DNA of 63,764 nt from a virus (lineage: Duplodnaviria > Caudoviricetes), in the IMG/VR virus record IMGVR_UViG_3300025035_000020, positions 1 to 63,764 of that record, one strand, 5' to 3'. Position numbers and translations under genes: made by a program. The notes below the pieces were generated by a model that saw only the letters and a list, made by a program, of their open reading frames with translations, ran no database searches and was not told where the DNA came from. Position 1 is the first letter of the stretch. Each line of letters begins with the position of its first letter. Below, piece after piece: positions 45,476 through 54,694 of this stretch.

Positions 45476-46723
45476 TCATACTCCGATAATAGAGTTGTGG
45501 GCCGTACCAGCCGTGCTGGTCGACACAGCACTTATTGTGGTAATGATCTGCTTTTTCCCGTCGCGTAGCAAGAACGCCGAGCGGCCGGCAAGCCCGCTGG
45601 GGATACGCACGCGGTCTTTCTGGAGCTCTGTCAACCCGCCTCCTGCTGCCCCAACCACATACCCCACCTCGCTGAGCCATACTGCCACGGGTGCAGTGGG
45701 TGGGACCACTCTCGGCGAAAAGTGCCCTGCTGGAACAACACGGCTAGAGCGCGCAACCGCTGGATATGGAGACACATACCGCTGTTCGAACTTGGTAGGA
45801 TCTGCGCCAGCAAGAAACCACACCCCGCGCTCGTCGCCGACAAACAGACCGTCTATGACAGCCTCGACAAAGGATATGTTCCCGCTAAACGGAATTACCC
45901 CATGCGCAGGATCGTGTAAGTGAGGACGCAGCGCCTCAGAAAAACGAAGCGCGTTGCCCTCTGCGGTGAACAAACGACCGTTATGCCAGCGTATGATGCT
46001 TCCGGCTGGCAACGGCCCAAGAAACTGAGTTTCGACCTCACCGCCTTGGGCAGTCTCCGCTACTGCGTACGCGGGGAATACTGCGGGGAACTCAGCCGCC
46101 CAGCGCAGTATGTCTCCGTCAGCGGACGTAGTGTATACATTGACGGTCCAGCCTAGATGCTGCGACAAATTCGCCATCCGGATACCGCCGCCTTGAGGGA
46201 GGTCAATAATCTGTACCGGTGTCGCCCCGCTCTCCTCGCCGCGATCATTAACGAACGTGATCGACACGCCGTACTTTCCCGGAGTTAGTCCGCCGAGCGC
46301 AGCTGACAAAGTCGGGGTGTTTGGCATCGGAACACCGACGGGGCGCGCCTCAGTACTGTCGTGAGGTACCCAGCCAATTGTGGTGCGGTTTGCGAAATAG
46401 AGATTGCCATTATACTCAGTAAAATCAAGAGGATCGGGGGAATTAAGCACTGACAGCAGGACCATATCAAACGTGTCCGTGTCTAGCCAGTACAGCGCGC
46501 TATCCCGAGCAACAACGGCGCGCGCCCTTTGTGTTGCATCGAACAGACTGTGCATGCCAGACAGCGGGATGCGACGAGTATAGCCGGCACGTCGGCTGAA
46601 TCTTCCCGCGCGACCGATGTCGACGTTGACTGCACTACGCACAGCGCCTCCTGCCAGCGCAGTCTCGCTTGAAAGAACGTCGACTCCTATAATCGGTAGT
46701 GGGTACGTCTTGGTCTGGTTCAT
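45476..46723 (-). CDS. Putative tail protein (415 aa)
   Basis: AVNVDI..GR..RRAG N-terminus resembles podoviral tail/stabilisation proteins. Confidence 0.6.
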   Translation of the reverse strand: MNQTKTYPLPIIGVDVLSSETALAGGAVRSAVNVDIGRAGRFSRRAGYTRRIPLSGMHSLFDATQRARAVVARDSALYWLDTDTFDMVLLSVLNSPDPLDFTEYNGNLYFANRTTIGWVPHDSTEARPVGVPMPNTPTLSAALGGLTPGKYGVSITFVNDRGEESGATPVQIIDLPQGGGIRMANLSQHLGWTVNVYTTSADGDILRWAAEFPAVFPAYAVAETAQGGEVETQFLGPLPAGSIIRWHNGRLFTAEGNALRFSEALRPHLHDPAHGVIPFSGNISFVEAVIDGLFVGDERGVWFLAGADPTKFEQRYVSPYPAVARSSRVVPAGHFSPRVVPPTAPVAVWLSEVGYVVGAAGGGLTELQKDRVRIPSGLAGRSAFLLRDGKKQIITTISAVSTSTAGTAHNSIIGV

Positions 46724-49700
46724 CAAGCTATCGCCGGTTGGGGGACGGTTTGCTGCGGCAGAATCGGCAACGGAACAACTACGCGGTTCGTACAGCCGAA
46801 CGGATTCGAAATGCTGGGGCCGTAAATCCCGAGTTCTGGAATACCCGCCGGATACAGTGGCACGCCAAAACGGGGCTCTCCAACTACTCCGGCACTTATC
46901 CCGAAGCCGCGCAACGGCCTAAGCGTACGCGGAGTGCCCATAGTGCTGAGATCGTCGCCGTGTGGCTTCACTTTACCAGCCTCCCAACGGTCTATGTTGC
47001 CAATTTCCAAACTGTCCCAACTCAGCGGCGAGAGAGTTTTTGTAGCGCTGACGACGTGGGTGCCAGTATTGTATCCCGAGATGCCCTGACTGAGAATAGT
47101 CCGCACAGAGAAGCTAATACCGGGCGACCCGAAAACGGACTTTGAACCGATCCCCGACAGTCCTTCTGACGGATTGCGCCTACGTACTCGCATGCGGTCC
47201 GAAAACGAACCCAGAGTCTCGTCCTCTATAGACAACGAACTCCAACCTTCGACTGGCAGGGAGCGATTTTTGTGGGATACCCACGCGTCACCCCACAGCG
47301 TGAGATCGTATCCACCCCAGTTGAACACCCGGGGGAAACCGACCAAGTGAGTCCCCCACGGGTTAGTCAGCCCTTCCTGCGGATTTCCGCGGTGCGGGAT
47401 GCCCTGCGGCAGCACTTCGCGAATGGACAACTCAGCAGTATGGTTCCCCCAAGATGTGGCAACAAAACCTGATGGCGCGGCAGCTGGAAACACGGCCTCT
47501 GGCGGCGGTGCGACCATGTGCTGCTCGGAAATATCCGACGGTGCGATGCCGCTGTGCTGTGCGTCAAGACTGATGTACTGCGGTACGTCAAGAATAAGAA
47601 CCAAGCCAAAGCGCAGGCTCCGAATCGGGCGCGGGCTAATATACCGACGCCCAAGATCGACTACTGGGCTACCAAACCGCACGGTCGGGCTCAAGTTGTT
47701 CGAGCCGTGACTTGGCGCAGGCCCGATCACTCGAAACTGGTTCGATACGTCGGGCCGACCAAACCACGGCCAGCCGCCGCCAAAAGACCACTCGCCGCCA
47801 ACTCGCCGCCCATCTATCACGTGCGGATTGTTTTCCGGGTGGTTATCCATGGCCTGCTGCGTAGCCTCGGTAGCCGCCGGCGCATAGATCGTGTGCGGTG
47901 AAACACGCGGCCGCTGCGCCCAGACCCAGTTTTTGTCGCTGCTTGAAACAGGCGGGGTGGAGTTCGGCCACGGGATGGTACGTGGATACAAATGCTGCAC
48001 CGCGATAACTAGCGGCACACCGAGCTGGTCAAGACTAAATGGCCACGGGGGGAGCTCGATAGTGTTGCGCGCCAGAGCGGGAGCGCCGTACTCCGCACTG
48101 CTGAACCCATCCGGATATATGGTAGCCAATCGCGCGGTAGGCGTTGAAACGATTCCGGGGTTGTGCTCCACGCCGATGAAGAGTCCTGCCGGCGCTACAA
48201 GCTGGCGCGATGGCGGATCGGGTAGAACATTGCGGATTTGATGCGTGACTGAAAACACCGTGCGCGAGATCGGCGCGGCTACGATATTGCGAGTGCGGTA
48301 CCCGATAGAATGCGAGCCCCAGAGGGACAGAACTCCCGCCGAAATAGTCACATGGGTGTTGAAGTTAAACACCCTCGCCTGCCCGTAGAGCGACTGATCG
48401 CTCGGAGACACGACAAGCGCCTTGTTCCGGTTCTCGATAAGCGGCTCGCCGACCCACGGCACGGCATGCACGTTTGTCGATCTCGGGGCCGCGATGGTGA
48501 AGTGCTCGAACACCGTGTGTCCGCCGAACTGCGGCGGCGTCAAACCGGTTGGGGCAATTGGGTATGGGTTAAACCGAACCTCGGGGAAGCCAGCAGGCAC
48601 GTCGTTGAACACGCTCTGCTGGATAGCGCGTACGGCGTACGCGATAAACGCCGTGCCCATATCTCCACCGTCGTACGGAAAGATGTGCTTAACCGTGCGG
48701 TTGAGACTGAGGACCTGCCCGGGAGTGCCTACCAGCGCGTTGCTCCATCCCTGCGGGGCGATAACAGCGGCGGCGTTATAGACCACGGCATACTGAGCGC
48801 TGTAGAACTCCTCCCACCCCTGTGGGACCACGCTACGCACGCGGTGGGCTATGAACGTATCGGAGCCCCAAAGCGTCGTGTCCGTGCCGTCTGGAGCCAC
48901 CAGCACCGCAGCGTTTTCTACAATGTTGCCAATAACGCTAAACCGCGAAGACTGCCAGCCGCCGGCCCCCATTTTGCGGTTACGGTTTTCCACCAACGGG
49001 GAGTAGTTTGGCGGCCACTGCGTCGGGTCGCTGTTTGTGTCCATAAAGGGCCGCACAAACACGTACTGCTCGTGGTTCTGTACAACAGGGAAGTTGATGC
49101 TCTGACTAAGCCAGCCAGTGGGACGCAGCACTTCAAACTGGTTTCTGACAGCCGTCGCACCATATGCTGTTGGGTCTGTCGCCCCGCTGTGGTGGAGCGC
49201 TCGCTGCAGGTTTATATCCAGTTCGTGGTTCTCGGAGACGAAACTGCTCTCCCAACCAGCGGTAAATACAACCTGAACTCGGGCCACGTTATGCGACCCG
49301 AAGATATTGCTAGCAATGAATGGCGGCTCAATGCCCCTAATCGCAAAGTCGATATGTGGGGTGCCAGCGACCCACGAGCTAGGACCGCGGCCCGCGACAT
49401 CGAGGAACTGTATGTCAAACGCGATGACGTGCGTATTGGAAATCTGGTTCGTCGGTACGGGAACGCCGGCAGGAGCCAGCGGCCTAACCCGAAAGTCGAC
49501 GAACGGGCTCGGGAGCTGTCGCTCATCATCTGGACCGGACTGTGGCGGTGGCGCGATACCGCCCGTCAAAATACCCTGCGCGGCCAGAATGAGCACCGGG
49601 TCGCCAGCGGCATACGAATCCCAGCCAACGGGGCGCAGCGTATCGACGAACAGGCTTATGTCGGGCACGCCAAAAGTGGCTGTGCTTGCAATCCCGGAAG

Positions 49701-50268
49701 GATGCGCCCCCAGCGGCTGCGTCAATGCCGGTATGCCGAACACCAGCTGGTCAAACAGCGTAGCCCCAAGGATACGGCCAAACCCAATGGCACCGAAGTC
49801 GACAACTACGTTTGTTGCCGGCGGGACGGAATACGGCTCGCCCGGCCAATTGAGTATGACGTTTACCGCGGGCGGGGGGGTATATCCGCCCAGCGTGCGG
49901 ACGCGGCCATCACCGAGGGGCCATGACGGCTGGGAGATGCCGGCTTCTACCGTAATGAACCGCCGCCAGCGAACGTATTCGGGAGTACCGACAACCGCGC
50001 TGCTATCAATTGACGCTGGTGCTATGAGTGGGACATCCTTGCGGATGGCCGCAACGCCGAGGGCGGAAGCCTCAAAACCCTTAGCGCGAGCGAACGTCGG
50101 CTGCCGGAGCGTCGGCACACCGAAACGCGCGGTGTCTTGGGCACCGGCCTGTCGAACATCAGCGGTGACAACGCCGAATTCTAGGTTGGACGCCGCGCCA
50201 TTCGGGGGGGTGTAGCTACCACCGAAAACCAGATCTATCGCGCTGCCGTTCGGGGGCACATACGGCAT
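46723..50268 (-). CDS. Large tail/virion protein (1181 aa) with degenerate internal repeats
   Basis: Recurring PxGWxSxxFGxPxV-like units; YTPP repeats. Confidence 0.7.
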   Translation of the reverse strand: MPYVPPNGSAIDLVFGGSYTPPNGAASNLEFGVVTADVRQAGAQDTARFGVPTLRQPTFARAKGFEASALGVAAIRKDVPLIAPASIDSSAVVGTPEYVRWRRFITVEAGISQPSWPLGDGRVRTLGGYTPPPAVNVILNWPGEPYSVPPATNVVVDFGAIGFGRILGATLFDQLVFGIPALTQPLGAHPSGIASTATFGVPDISLFVDTLRPVGWDSYAAGDPVLILAAQGILTGGIAPPPQSGPDDERQLPSPFVDFRVRPLAPAGVPVPTNQISNTHVIAFDIQFLDVAGRGPSSWVAGTPHIDFAIRGIEPPFIASNIFGSHNVARVQVVFTAGWESSFVSENHELDINLQRALHHSGATDPTAYGATAVRNQFEVLRPTGWLSQSINFPVVQNHEQYVFVRPFMDTNSDPTQWPPNYSPLVENRNRKMGAGGWQSSRFSVIGNIVENAAVLVAPDGTDTTLWGSDTFIAHRVRSVVPQGWEEFYSAQYAVVYNAAAVIAPQGWSNALVGTPGQVLSLNRTVKHIFPYDGGDMGTAFIAYAVRAIQQSVFNDVPAGFPEVRFNPYPIAPTGLTPPQFGGHTVFEHFTIAAPRSTNVHAVPWVGEPLIENRNKALVVSPSDQSLYGQARVFNFNTHVTISAGVLSLWGSHSIGYRTRNIVAAPISRTVFSVTHQIRNVLPDPPSRQLVAPAGLFIGVEHNPGIVSTPTARLATIYPDGFSSAEYGAPALARNTIELPPWPFSLDQLGVPLVIAVQHLYPRTIPWPNSTPPVSSSDKNWVWAQRPRVSPHTIYAPAATEATQQAMDNHPENNPHVIDGRRVGGEWSFGGGWPWFGRPDVSNQFRVIGPAPSHGSNNLSPTVRFGSPVVDLGRRYISPRPIRSLRFGLVLILDVPQYISLDAQHSGIAPSDISEQHMVAPPPEAVFPAAAPSGFVATSWGNHTAELSIREVLPQGIPHRGNPQEGLTNPWGTHLVGFPRVFNWGGYDLTLWGDAWVSHKNRSLPVEGWSSLSIEDETLGSFSDRMRVRRRNPSEGLSGIGSKSVFGSPGISFSVRTILSQGISGYNTGTHVVSATKTLSPLSWDSLEIGNIDRWEAGKVKPHGDDLSTMGTPRTLRPLRGFGISAGVVGEPRFGVPLYPAGIPELGIYGPSISNPFGCTNRVVVPLPILPQQTVPQPAIA

Positions 50269-50281
50269 GTTGTACCCCCTA

Positions 50282-51130
50282 TTAAGTCATGAGCGCCGGT
50301 AGGATATGCGCAAATACGACACTATTCTGCTCTGCCGAGCTATCAACGCCAACTAGCGTCCACGGGCCGGGACCAATCCACTCAAACAGGAACTGACCGT
50401 CCGCTTTTGTGAAGAACTGGCGTACGAGGGCTCCGGACCTCTGATCAATCAGGTCCACGCGGCGTGCAAGAGGGAGACCGAGCGACGTTGTAGACCCGGC
50501 GATGAAGTACCCCCCAGACCACGGAGTGAGAATACTCGGTGCGCTGCCGTGGTGCACGCCGAAACCCATAATCGGGTGTGGCAATACGCGCACTACACTG
50601 GGCGGGATACCGGTATTGGCCGCCGCGTTGTAACGGTAGTCACGGCGAATAACCACGCGGTTGCTCAGCTGATTACTTGGCAACGGAGTGGCGTCAAGCG
50701 TTCTCGTCTCGCCGATAGCGAACACCATGTCGCCCCAAGCGCGCTGCACTACCCATTCGGCACCGTCATCGCTGTAGAGCAGCGCAAAGTTCGAGGGATA
50801 GGCTGTACTAAACGAGGCGTCGTTGAAGTATATACGAACCTCTGCAACATCGATCTCGTTACCGGCTCCGAAGGTGTATTGGATGTGCTGCCGACCGGTT
50901 CCGCTGGGCATGCTGTTGGAGGCGCTTCGCCAGAAGTTCACTGACGACATTACGCCGTCGAAGGCATTAGCCGCTACGTTAGTGCCATCATCACTGCTCG
51001 CGGAGGCGATCCCGCCAACAGCTGCTTGGGGGCCAGACGGAGTCGTTGCAAGCACGAGCTCGCCGATAGAGACAGAGGTATCGCCCCCAGTCCGCGAGAT
51101 AAAAAGCCGCCAGTACCGGTGGGCAGCCAT
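50282..51130 (-). CDS. Virion protein with discoidin/F5-8 type C-like carbohydrate-binding domain
   Basis: YWRLFI, ANAFDG...W, P.NFALLYSDDG..W. Confidence 0.6.
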   Translation of the reverse strand: MAAHRYWRLFISRTGGDTSVSIGELVLATTPSGPQAAVGGIASASSDDGTNVAANAFDGVMSSVNFWRSASNSMPSGTGRQHIQYTFGAGNEIDVAEVRIYFNDASFSTAYPSNFALLYSDDGAEWVVQRAWGDMVFAIGETRTLDATPLPSNQLSNRVVIRRDYRYNAAANTGIPPSVVRVLPHPIMGFGVHHGSAPSILTPWSGGYFIAGSTTSLGLPLARRVDLIDQRSGALVRQFFTKADGQFLFEWIGPGPWTLVGVDSSAEQNSVVFAHILPALMT

Positions 51131-51132
51131 AA

Positions 51133-52332
51133 TCAGCTATCCCACGGGCCGGTAATATCGACAACTACGGCACCAACTGAAGACGAGTTCTTGCCCCAAA
51201 GCATCATGAACTTACGCCCAGCGAAGCCGGTCACGTTCTCGATGATCTGCGTATTGGGGAAGCTGGGCCCGTGCAAAGGCTCGTAGTATCCGGGCATACG
51301 TCCGCGGATAAGTGCCGGCGAGCCCTGCACGAGCAACGCTGGAACCATGTAAAAGCCGTTATCAATCCGGTGCGGGTAGGAGATGTTGACAGTCCCGCCC
51401 ATGCTAGAGTTTAGTCCGGAAGCAAAAAGCTGCGTCGGCCTTGGACCCGGAACCGCGGTGAAGTCGCGCGCCGTTACGATAAGCGCCGCAAACTGGGATG
51501 GGGTGCCGTTAGTAATGCTCTGGGCGGCACTAAACAATCCACAGTACTGCGTCGATGAGAACTGGTTTGTGCTCGAACTACCAGAAACCCAACTCAAAAA
51601 CGCATCGCCGGGCTTGAACTCCAGAGCATCACCAAAACCAAAGGCGTTCATATTGTTACCCGGCGAAGAAAGGTCGCCAGAAGATACCAGTGCCGACAGA
51701 TACGCAAAGTGGTACACCGTTTTGCCGTCGGTAATCACCACCCAACCGCGTGCCGTCGCGTCGGCAGTGTCCGACTTTTGGCAGAAAAAACCGTTGGGAT
51801 ACTGCCCGGTAGACGGGTACATACCGGTACCTGTGCTGACATCCGACATGGTTTCATAGCCGTGCAGACGCGCCTCGCGCGCACCGCCGGCAGTAGTACC
51901 GTCATCCACTATCTGGAAATAGTGCCGCCGGCTATCCAGCGCGTTTGCACGGTATACGGCCATGTTAGTGCCGGCAAAGGGCTTGGAAAAACCTGCCGGG
52001 GCGCGTTTGCTGGTGATCGTACCTGTCGCTGGCGTTACGGGGGTACCGAGTACGTCGTATGTAAACGACGTAGCTCCGGTCACGGTGACTACGAACTCAC
52101 CGTTGTAATCGGTCTCTACTGCGCCGGCAATAAGCGCTACGTCACCGGTGCTGAATCCGTGCGCGGTTGCGGTGGTTACGGTAGCCGTCGTACTGACCCG
52201 AGCAATGGACGAAACGCTGACCTGCCCATAGCCATTTACAAGAATGGCATCAAGAGCAGTAACAAGAGACCCAGCAACACCGTTGATGGCTGGCGCGCCC
52301 TGCTGCAAGGAAGTGAACACTTTGATAGCCAT
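51133..52332 (-). CDS. Putative tail/virion protein (399 aa)
   Basis: GSL..ALDAILVNGYG; TVTTATAHGFSTGD beta-barrel repeat; AGGAG SD. Confidence 0.7.
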   Translation of the reverse strand: MAIKVFTSLQQGAPAINGVAGSLVTALDAILVNGYGQVSVSSIARVSTTATVTTATAHGFSTGDVALIAGAVETDYNGEFVVTVTGATSFTYDVLGTPVTPATGTITSKRAPAGFSKPFAGTNMAVYRANALDSRRHYFQIVDDGTTAGGAREARLHGYETMSDVSTGTGMYPSTGQYPNGFFCQKSDTADATARGWVVITDGKTVYHFAYLSALVSSGDLSSPGNNMNAFGFGDALEFKPGDAFLSWVSGSSSTNQFSSTQYCGLFSAAQSITNGTPSQFAALIVTARDFTAVPGPRPTQLFASGLNSSMGGTVNISYPHRIDNGFYMVPALLVQGSPALIRGRMPGYYEPLHGPSFPNTQIIENVTGFAGRKFMMLWGKNSSSVGAVVVDITGPWDS

Positions 52333-52429
52333 TGCAAGAACTCCTAGTCTGCGAACCGTGCTCCAACGCGCGGGCAATCACAAGCCGGCGCTGAAGCACA
52401 TATCCACTGGCACCGATGGCAAGACCGCC

Positions 52430-52837
52430 TTAGAGCTTGAAGATCTTGTTTGGACCGTTGTCCCACGTGACGATGATATCGCCGCCATTGGGCGTAATCG
52501 GCAGCCCGGTCGCCGTGTCGATGAAAGCGATGAGCGGGCTAGTGGAATCGACGCCAGTGTCCTTGTAGAGCACAATGGCTTCGATGCTCGCGCCTGTCAC
52601 CGACGTGAAAGTGACATCGTTGGCATCGGCAGCGCCGCCAGCTGTTGCTTTGCCGGTAAAGGCACCGGACACCGAGATTCGCGCACCCGTGCCGATATCA
52701 GACAGAAACTCGTGGGCTGACAGATTCGCCGTGTAGGTGCCGGTATCCACGAGAAGCGACTTGATGGTGTCGGTGTTCCAGTTGAACTGGCCCTCCAGAA
52801 ACCGCTGGCGGGCTTTATCAAAGAGGGCATTTGCCAT
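52430..52837 (-). CDS. Virion structural protein (135 aa)
   Basis: DAND.TF, GLPITPNGGDIIVTW motif; AGGAG SD. Confidence 0.75.
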   Translation of the reverse strand: MANALFDKARQRFLEGQFNWNTDTIKSLLVDTGTYTANLSAHEFLSDIGTGARISVSGAFTGKATAGGAADANDVTFTSVTGASIEAIVLYKDTGVDSTSPLIAFIDTATGLPITPNGGDIIVTWDNGPNKIFKL

Positions 52838-52875
52838 GGTCCAATCTCCTAAGCAGTGTGGTGGGATTATAAGGG

Positions 52876-52912
52876 GTCCGAGCGCGTTGTGGAGCAGACA
52901 ACGCGCCCGGAC
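52876..52912 (-). promoter_or_regulatory. 15-bp hairpin between lysis and tail genes, next to TATAAT
   Basis: gtccgggcgcgttgt / acaacgcgctcggac; TATAAT at 52871-52866. Confidence 0.55.
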
Positions 52913-52972
52913 TGCCAAAAGTTATTCCGGACAACGCGCCGGTACAAGCGACTCACCCTTGGCTGGAGTCAT

Positions 52973-53467
52973 TCACTGCTTGTTGAGGTGTTCACGCTCA
53001 AGCATCAGGAGTTTTTGGAGTCCTCGTACTTGGGCGTCACATTGGGCTGCGGCACGAACAATTCGTCCCGCACTTTCTTCTCGGTTTCTGGTGGCTGCAT
53101 CAGGTTCGGCGGTAGCGGCGGCAGTGCTGGACAGTAGCTCGGCCTCGCAACCGGACCAACGGTGCTGCAGCCGGAGGTTGCCAGCACGTAAAGCAGCGAC
53201 AACAGCAGTGCTTGTGGCTTCGGCATCTTTCTTTCCTTTTTCATAGGCCTCTGACGCATCAGCTTGCGCTTTTGCAAGGTCCCGCTCAAGTCGGTTGGCC
53301 GCAATCCTGTTATTCACCTCGGCCGTGAGGTCCGCAGCAAGGTGCTCATTCATAGCGAGGTCGGCAGCCGTAGTAGCATGCTTTCCGCCCTGCCAGTACC
53401 CAACACCGCCCGCGATGGCCGCGATAAAGAGAAACGCAGCGGTGATATATCCATAGACGGCGCTCAT
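52973..53467 (-). CDS. Rz: i-spanin (Rz-like)
   Basis: N-terminal TM, coiled coil, LRAGNLRL, C...ADAQVRGLQ-like end; follows the endolysin. Confidence 0.85.
   Translation of the reverse strand: MSAVYGYITAAFLFIAAIAGGVGYWQGGKHATTAADLAMNEHLAADLTAEVNNRIAANRLERDLAKAQADASEAYEKGKKDAEATSTAVVAALRAGNLRLQHRWSGCEAELLSSTAAATAEPDAATRNREESAGRIVRAAAQCDAQVRGLQKLLMLEREHLNKQ
53005..53226 (-). CDS. Rz1: o-spanin lipoprotein embedded in Rz
   Basis: MPKPQALLLSLLYVLATSG-C lipobox; Pro-rich CPALPPLPPNLMQPP. Confidence 0.85.
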   Translation of the reverse strand: MPKPQALLLSLLYVLATSGCSTVGPVARPSYCPALPPLPPNLMQPPETEKKVRDELFVPQPNVTPKYEDSKNS

Positions 53468-54054
53468 ACCGCTTCTCCCGTCCTGCATAGTTGATACTCA
53501 GCGTCGCGTCGTCTTGCGAGGCCCTGCACAAAGCGATATTCGGCTTTGCCGTTCGGCAGCATCCTGCCCGTTTTAACGTAGCTCCACACCCGTCTGCCGC
53601 TATCTGAAAAAGCCAGCCTGCGGCAGCCGAGCTGCCAGTCGCCGCGATTCCATGCCAGCATGGCCTGACTACCGCAAGTAGCCGACGTGCCATTGTTCCA
53701 CGCGTGGCTGGTCGCAGCGTCGAATACGGACTGCGGCGGCATACGACTGAAGCACATCTCTAAACGGAGCTGAACGACCTCGACAGCCTTGCGCTCCTCA
53801 GCAAGGCACTTCTCTGCCGGCCAGCGCTGGCCGACAATGATTGGCGTCGTAGTTATGTGCCGAGTCAGACCAGCGCAGACGGTAGGGAGTCCGCCAGCGA
53901 GGCGGTCGGCATACACCACCGAGGAACCATCGGAGTCCTTGCCACCCTCCCACATGCCGATAAAAGCGGCAACGGCGACCGTTCCGAGCAGGAGCCGTGG
54001 GCCAAACTTCTTGGACGGTTTGCCCCCGCTATTCGACTTGGCTACGTCGGTCAC
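53464..54054 (-). CDS. SAR endolysin, GH24 lysozyme
   Basis: N-terminal Gly/Ala-rich SAR LLLGTVAVAAFIGMW; WEG...YAD...PTVC catalytic residues; GL.RRR.AE..LC; GTG start with GGAGG SD. Confidence 0.9.
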   Translation of the reverse strand: MTDVAKSNSGGKPSKKFGPRLLLGTVAVAAFIGMWEGGKDSDGSSVVYADRLAGGLPTVCAGLTRHITTTPIIVGQRWPAEKCLAEERKAVEVVQLRLEMCFSRMPPQSVFDAATSHAWNNGTSATCGSQAMLAWNRGDWQLGCRRLAFSDSGRRVWSYVKTGRMLPNGKAEYRFVQGLARRRDAEYQLCRTGEAV

Positions 54055-54694
54055 TGTCTAGCCTCCGTATGGAGCCAACCCAGCGCTTAGTCTGCGCGTT
54101 TTCCGGGATTGGGGTTGCCGCAGCTTCTACGTCGATACTCTCGCCATCCGCGGTAACCACGCGATATCTGATGCGGTAATGCCGGCACTCACTGCGGCAT
54201 AAATCCCAGTGCTGGCGTACTCGGTCCACATCCTCTAGGTGGATGAAGTTGAAGTAGTTCCACCCGAGCAATTCGGTCTTTCCGACACCCAACCAACGGG
54301 CATACGTCTGATTTACATACGTGTTTGCTCCGGCACCGTCAGCGTAGAAGCGCGCCACGAAGCCATCCGAATCATTTTCCGCGCGCATGGTCTGCACAAC
54401 CAAGTCGATTTGTTCGACAAGTGCGGCCATGACCTTTTCGGTGTGCGTGATGGAATCCATCATCGAGCCGCCGCCATTCGGAGAGACGTAATAGCGAATG
54501 CCTTTTACCTCAGCCTGCAGCGCGGGGATACCGCGCAACCCTTCGAAAACATCGCGCCAGAACTTTTTCCATACGGGGAAATGCTTCCGATACCAAAGCA
54601 CCCACGCGCCGCATAACGACGGGATCACGAAAAGAAGTATCTGCGTTATGTCGAGCCGCTCGAGAACGTCGTGCCACACCCCCGCGTTGTCCAT
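54029..54694 (-). CDS. Single-TM membrane protein with C-terminal PAS domain, in holin position
   Basis: TM ITQILLFVIPSLCGAWVLWY; PAS pattern FYADGAG..TYVNQTYARWLG....LLGWNYFNFIHLEDVDRV...W......YRIRYRVVTADGE...VEA.ATP......WVGSI. Confidence 0.8.
   Translation of the reverse strand: MDNAGVWHDVLERLDITQILLFVIPSLCGAWVLWYRKHFPVWKKFWRDVFEGLRGIPALQAEVKGIRYYVSPNGGGSMMDSITHTEKVMAALVEQIDLVVQTMRAENDSDGFVARFYADGAGANTYVNQTYARWLGVGKTELLGWNYFNFIHLEDVDRVRQHWDLCRSECRHYRIRYRVVTADGESIDVEAAATPIPENAQTKRWVGSIRRLDSDRRSQVE

Noticed and set aside
48310-49926. 538-aa plus-strand ORF
   Set aside because: Antisense shadow of the 1181-aa tail gene; no recognisable motifs, typical of GC-rich DNA.
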